Assembly (NCBI GenBank): GCA_041489155.1 | Contig: JBGPQP010000017.1 | Location: 1 to 17,581 of the forward strand | Direction of reading: 5' to 3' | DNA: 17,581 nucleotides | From: Candidatus Aenigmatarchaeota archaeon | GTDB taxonomy: Archaea > Aenigmatarchaeota > Aenigmatarchaeia > QMZP01 > QMZT01 | In this document: positions 13,547 to 17,581 of the stretch, one piece after another | Numbering within the stretch: the stretch's first letter is position 1 | Layout: each line of letters starts with the position of its first letter | Program-made: the position numbers and the translations under genes | Notes under the pieces: model-generated | Told to the model about the DNA's origin: nothing | Seen by the model: the letters and a program-made list of their open reading frames with translations, nothing else | Database searches by the model: none

Positions 13547-14473
13547 TTATGGCACGGGCACGAGTTCATCGAAGCCTCTTTTTTCCGCATATTCTTTGAA
13601 TATGCCTTCGCATATCTTGTCGTACTTGCACGCCTTGCATTGCCTGCCTTTAACTCTTGCATATTCTCTTCTGTTTTTCTCTACCTCCAAATCCCTGAAT
13701 TCCGGACCTACATGTTCTTCTTTAAGTCTATCTCTTGATTCGTATTCGCTCAAATAAGATTCGTAACCAACGCCTGCCATGTAGCATAAAGGAATGTATC
13801 TCATTACGAAATGCCTTATGTTATGCTCCTTACCGACGTTTATTGTTTTTGATATGTAATCCGACACTTCCTTTAATGTCGGCACAATTGTGTCAAAATT
13901 TTTGTAGGCATTGCCTCTTGGATGTATGAAAATGAATTCGCAGCCATCCGCTCCCAGTTTTATGTTATTTTCGGCTATTTGGGGAAGGTATTTGTAGTTT
14001 GGCCTGATTATCACCGTGTTTGTGCAAACGTAAATATTGGGTTTTATCTCCTTTACGTTTTTTATACCTGCCGTCGCCTGTTTGAAGGATCCAGGAGACT
14101 GGGTTAGATAGTCGTGGAGTTCAGCGTTGTGGCCGTGTATGGAGAATATGACATGGTTAAGACCGCATCCTATTATCTTTTCAGCGAAAGCCCTGTAATA
14201 GAACATTCTCCCATTTGTCGTGGTTGCTATTGTACGGAAACCCAGCCTTTTCGCATATCCTACAAGCTCAAAAATGTCCTTCCTTATTGTCGGCTCACCG
14301 CCGAGAAAATCAACAAAATTGCACCCCCTTTTAATTCCCTCTTCCATCTCTTTCTTGGCCTCTTCTGTTGTTTTGGGTTTTATGTTGCTTTCTCTTTTGT
14401 CTGCGCAATAACAGAATCTGCAATAATTGTTGCATTCATATCCAAGAATCAACGAGAGTTTCTTCGTTATCAT
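13547..14473 (-). CDS. Radical SAM protein (HxsC-related, C-terminal auxiliary Cys motif)
   Basis: CNNYCRFC, GGEPT, TTNG, SIHG...HDYLT..PGSF and C-terminal PLC...CKACKYDKICEG. Start moved to the ATG at 14473 (308 aa). Confidence 0.9.
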   Translation of the reverse strand: MITKKLSLILGYECNNYCRFCYCADKRESNIKPKTTEEAKKEMEEGIKRGCNFVDFLGGEPTIRKDIFELVGYAKRLGFRTIATTTNGRMFYYRAFAEKIIGCGLNHVIFSIHGHNAELHDYLTQSPGSFKQATAGIKNVKEIKPNIYVCTNTVIIRPNYKYLPQIAENNIKLGADGCEFIFIHPRGNAYKNFDTIVPTLKEVSDYISKTINVGKEHNIRHFVMRYIPLCYMAGVGYESYLSEYESRDRLKEEHVGPEFRDLEVEKNRREYARVKGRQCKACKYDKICEGIFKEYAEKRGFDELVPVP

Positions 14474-14498
14474 ATTCCCGAGTATAGTTTGTAAATAG

Positions 14499-14507
14499 AT
14501 TTTTAAG
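14499..14507. promoter_or_regulatory. Probable bidirectional TATA element between divergent radical SAM and methyltransferase genes
   Basis: TTTTTAA at 14500-14506 is centred between the ATGs at 14473 (minus) and 14534 (plus), about 27-28 nt from each. Confidence 0.45.
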
Positions 14508-14533
14508 GTTAAGTTCAATTCTAATTAATTATC

Positions 14534-15481
14534 ATGGAAAGAGAAGATTATTGCGTGCAAAGCTGTATGCTTGATGCGTTCATTGAAGAACTTAGAAATT
14601 TAAAAAATCTGACCCTGCGTTTTTATTTTTCCTTTGATGATCTTAATCCGCATACCGGAGAAAAAATCAAGAAAATAGTAGACATAATTGAAAAAGAAAA
14701 GCTGGATTTGTTTTTAACTTTCGTTCCACCCTGTGTTTTCATCCCAAAAGGAGAGGTATTAAATTTATTTATATTCAGCCAAGAGTCGCCTGTTTTCGTA
14801 TTTGATCATCTTGGCATCAAGCAGGCTCTAACCCATGATGACAAAGAGGCTATATTACATTCCATATTGTATGAAAAATGCGTTAAGTGCAGTCACATGC
14901 TTAACAGAACATGCGGCGGTATACATCTGAGGGGGTTTGAAGAGGAAACTAATAAAAAAACACATGCGTGGTTTTATCATTATCTTGAAAATGTGAGCAG
15001 TGGTGTGATAATGGATATCGGTTCAGGTATAATCCCGCATCTAAATTTTTACGAGAGGTTGGCGTCAGAAAATAAAAAACTTGTTTTCGTATGCCTTGAC
15101 CCCGATAAATTTCTAATAAAACTTATGAACAATAAGATAAACCATAGGGAAAAAATCATTCAAGTCTGTGGCTTTGGCGAGCATCTGCCTTTCAAAAAAA
15201 AATCACTGGATTTTGTAATGATGCAAGGTTCGTATTCACATTTTTTGGATTTGGACGCAGTTCTGGAAAATGTCTATAAATCTTTGAAAGGCAAGGGCAA
15301 ACTTGTGATTTTGGATTCGTATGAGCATGGACATGCTTCAGATAAATTAGACAGATTTGCTACGCACCACAGAGATCACAGGCTTGAAGAAGCACTTGTG
15401 AAAATCAAAGAAAAGGGATTAGCCATTCTTGACAGCTTTGAACGCAAAGATGTATGGGGTATATTGGCCATTAAAAATTAA
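14534..15481 (+). CDS. Class I SAM-dependent methyltransferase with an N-terminal Cys-rich, radical-SAM-tail-like domain
   Basis: 315 aa. Motif I IMDIGSG, acidic LDPD, GEHLPFKKKSLDFV and HF.D...L.NVYKSLKGKGKLVILD. The N-terminal half carries VPPC...CVKCSHMLNRTCGG. Confidence 0.85.
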   Translation: MEREDYCVQSCMLDAFIEELRNLKNLTLRFYFSFDDLNPHTGEKIKKIVDIIEKEKLDLFLTFVPPCVFIPKGEVLNLFIFSQESPVFVFDHLGIKQALTHDDKEAILHSILYEKCVKCSHMLNRTCGGIHLRGFEEETNKKTHAWFYHYLENVSSGVIMDIGSGIIPHLNFYERLASENKKLVFVCLDPDKFLIKLMNNKINHREKIIQVCGFGEHLPFKKKSLDFVMMQGSYSHFLDLDAVLENVYKSLKGKGKLVILDSYEHGHASDKLDRFATHHRDHRLEEALVKIKEKGLAILDSFERKDVWGILAIKN

Positions 15482-15486
15482 ATCCC

Positions 15487-16335
15487 TTATAGGGCTTTAA
15501 ATTCGTTATCACCGGCAAGAACCCAGTAACTTTTCCATATCATGGGGCACTCTTCTTTTAATTTGCATCTTTTGCATGCTTCAACAAACATGAGTTCACT
15601 CTTTTGCTTCGTCACGCCTTTTGCAAGTTTATGGTATTTCTTTTTAATGGTACATAAAGGGAAATGGAACATTTTGACTTCTATATTTTTTTTAAGGAGG
15701 ATCTCTGCAGCCTTTTCAGCATACGGCACCACTTCGCTGTATCTTACGAAAAGGACTTTTCTGTTTATGTAGGCATTGCCCGTATATTTCATGTTTATGA
15801 AAACAACTCTGTAGATTTTATCCAAATTCCTAGCTACGTAATTGGCTATATCTACAAGATGCCTGTAATTCATCTTGCTCACTATAACCCTCAGTTCGAC
15901 CGGAACACCACATTTTATCAAATTTTTAATACCGCCAATTGTTTGCTCAAAACTTCCGGGTATTCTTGTTATGGCGTCATGCACATTTGTGTCATGACCA
16001 TATAGGGCAATTCCCATTTTCAGGTTTTTGAGGCCTATACCAACCATTTTTTCTACAAAATTCTTATAGTAAAACATCCTTCCATTTGAAACAACAAACA
16101 CTTCCATCTCCGGATTTCTTTTCTTTGCGTATCTTAGAAATTTGAAAAACTCTTTCCTTATCGTCGGTTCGCCGCCAGTCATGCATAATATATCACCATT
16201 TTTTACTGAGTTTATAACCTTTCTTATTTGCCTTTCGGGCGGGTCTAATGGTTTCAATTTTTCTACCACATCCAGATTGAATATGCAGGAAATACAATTG
16301 TTATTGCATCTAAAGGTTAAAGGCCAATCGACCAT
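15487..16335 (-). CDS. Radical SAM maturase-like protein, closest in motif pattern to His-Xaa-Ser system HxsC
   Basis: 282 aa. CNNNCISC, TGGEPT, SNGR.F, IALYG...HD.IT..PGSF.QT..G..NL....V.VELRVIV.K.N...L..IA.YV.RN, TG.A..N, and FPLC...CKRCKLKEEC. Confidence 0.88.
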   Translation of the reverse strand: MVDWPLTFRCNNNCISCIFNLDVVEKLKPLDPPERQIRKVINSVKNGDILCMTGGEPTIRKEFFKFLRYAKKRNPEMEVFVVSNGRMFYYKNFVEKMVGIGLKNLKMGIALYGHDTNVHDAITRIPGSFEQTIGGIKNLIKCGVPVELRVIVSKMNYRHLVDIANYVARNLDKIYRVVFINMKYTGNAYINRKVLFVRYSEVVPYAEKAAEILLKKNIEVKMFHFPLCTIKKKYHKLAKGVTKQKSELMFVEACKRCKLKEECPMIWKSYWVLAGDNEFKAL

Positions 16336-16340
16336 TTAAA

Positions 16341-17581
16341 TCACTGTGCCCCTTTCCGATATTTTTTATCCGTCATGTACACATTGAAATAATCTTTTGG
16401 AATGCCCGGACACTTTTTATCAAAACTGCATTTTTTGCATTTATCGATTTTTATCTTACCTTCATATTTCTTTTGATCCAAGTCGGTTATAATGTCAGGC
16501 CAGTACATTATAGTGTTGTAATCGACCGTCCCTGAATATGTCTCTTCTTTATCCAAAAAACAAGGAGGTACGTTGAATATCCAGCCATCACGCCCCCTTT
16601 TTCTTACTATCTCAAGGGCTTCATGTACATATGGCCTTATGTCCTCGTATCTGGGAATAATTCTTTTATTATCAATCAGATTACCGTCTACCGTTGGGAA
16701 TATGATGCAGTAAATTTTAACATTAAATCTGTCTATAGTAGCTTTTATAATCTCAGGTAAAGACTTATAGTTGAGCGTTGTTACTACTATGTTTAAGCTT
16801 ATATCATCTACCAATTTTGAGCAGTTTTCCATACCTTTGATTAACTGATCGAATGATCCTTTCGCTGATGTCAAGTAATCATGGATTTTGGCGTCAGGGC
16901 CATGAAGAGAGAATATAAATCCTGTTGCGCCCGCATCAACAAGTTTTTTTGCGAACCATCCATAAGATAGCATCCTTCCGTTGGTAGTTATCCTTGTACT
17001 GTCAACCTTACCTCTTGCATATGAAACTATTTCAAATATATCTTTCCTTATCGTCGGTTCGCCACCCGTGAAATTTATTTCGCGGGGTCTTTCTTCGGCG
17101 GCCTTATCTATTTCCCATTTAATTTCTTCAAGGCGCATGTTGGTTCGCCTGATACCAACTGAGCAAAACTTGCAGTTGTTATTGCAGGAAAAGCCGACCA
17201 CTATTTCTATTTTTTTATCTAGGTTGTATTTTCCAGAATCTTTTTTATCAGTTTCGGCCTTTAGTCCCAAAGATTCATTGCAAATTTTTGGAAGCCTGCT
17301 TTGGAAAGCATTATAAATGTTATCCTTGTCCTTTTCTAGCACATCCTTTTTGATGGATATTTTTTTATTGCCACAAAGATAGTAATCATCGTCCTTCTTC
17401 ATTAAAAGATAAAGGCAATCTTTGCATGAAGCAGGAATATTGAATTTTTCAACAAGCCTCTTATATTGTTCATAGCCTTCAAAAAATTTTTTGGGTACAG
17501 GCCTCGCTACAACAAAATGGATACCCATATCTTTAAGATCTTCCAAAAACTTCTCTATTCTGTTTCCTGCTCCCAAGGGCG
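16341..17581 (-). CDS. Radical SAM protein with an extra N-terminal Cys-containing domain (5' end probably outside the window)
   Basis: CNNNCKFC, TGGEPT, TTNGR, SLHG...HDYLT...GSF and VPPC...CKKCSFDKKCPG. The N-terminal extension contains RPVP...IPASCKDCL...C. The frame stays open past the TTG at 17576 to the window edge. Confidence 0.88.
   Translation of the reverse strand, partial: PLGAGNRIEKFLEDLKDMGIHFVVARPVPKKFFEGYEQYKRLVEKFNIPASCKDCLYLLMKKDDDYYLCGNKKISIKKDVLEKDKDNIYNAFQSRLPKICNESLGLKAETDKKDSGKYNLDKKIEIVVGFSCNNNCKFCSVGIRRTNMRLEEIKWEIDKAAEERPREINFTGGEPTIRKDIFEIVSYARGKVDSTRITTNGRMLSYGWFAKKLVDAGATGFIFSLHGPDAKIHDYLTSAKGSFDQLIKGMENCSKLVDDISLNIVVTTLNYKSLPEIIKATIDRFNVKIYCIIFPTVDGNLIDNKRIIPRYEDIRPYVHEALEIVRKRGRDGWIFNVPPCFLDKEETYSGTVDYNTIMYWPDIITDLDQKKYEGKIKIDKCKKCSFDKKCPGIPKDYFNVYMTDKKYRKGAQ

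Noticed and set aside
14474..14518. TTG start at 14518 for the first radical SAM
   Set aside because: It would cover the AT-rich divergent promoter. The ATG at 14473 matches the usual distance to the CxxxCxxC motif.
9550..15202. Homopolymer A/T tracts of 8-9 nt (9550-9557, 13442-13449, 15194-15202) as phase-variation switches
   Set aside because: All reading frames are intact, and such tracts are expected in Lys/Phe-rich low-GC coding sequence.

Overview
Archaeal DNA, most likely from a DPANN lineage such as Aenigmarchaeota or Woesearchaeota. This is inferred from TATA boxes about 25 nt before leaderless ATGs, a GGAGGTGA Shine-Dalgarno, dense N-x-S/T sequons and protein styles. The window has two parts. 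(1) About 1-13500 is a cell-surface protein cluster: a right-handed beta-helix protein, a membrane-anchored Ig/DUF916-like protein, a Cys-rich protein ending in a WxL/pilin-like domain, a thioredoxin-fold membrane protein with no CxxC, a ~1010-aa G(N/R)VGIGT-repeat fibre-like protein and a 43-Cys secreted protein. Two of the operons are each headed by a paralogous small winged-HTH gene, and each promoter carries three copies of an ACATYRATGT-type palindromic box. (2) About 13500-17581 is a lower-GC block with three HxsC-like radical SAM paralogues and a methyltransferase fused to the same Cys-rich module. The most striking signals are eight identical 14-nt junction sequences separating modules of contrasting GC content in the fibre gene, the shared HTH operator architecture, and a three-repeat C-terminal domain that could cap a trimeric fibre. 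No RNA genes, CRISPR arrays, transposases or reverse transcriptase were seen.
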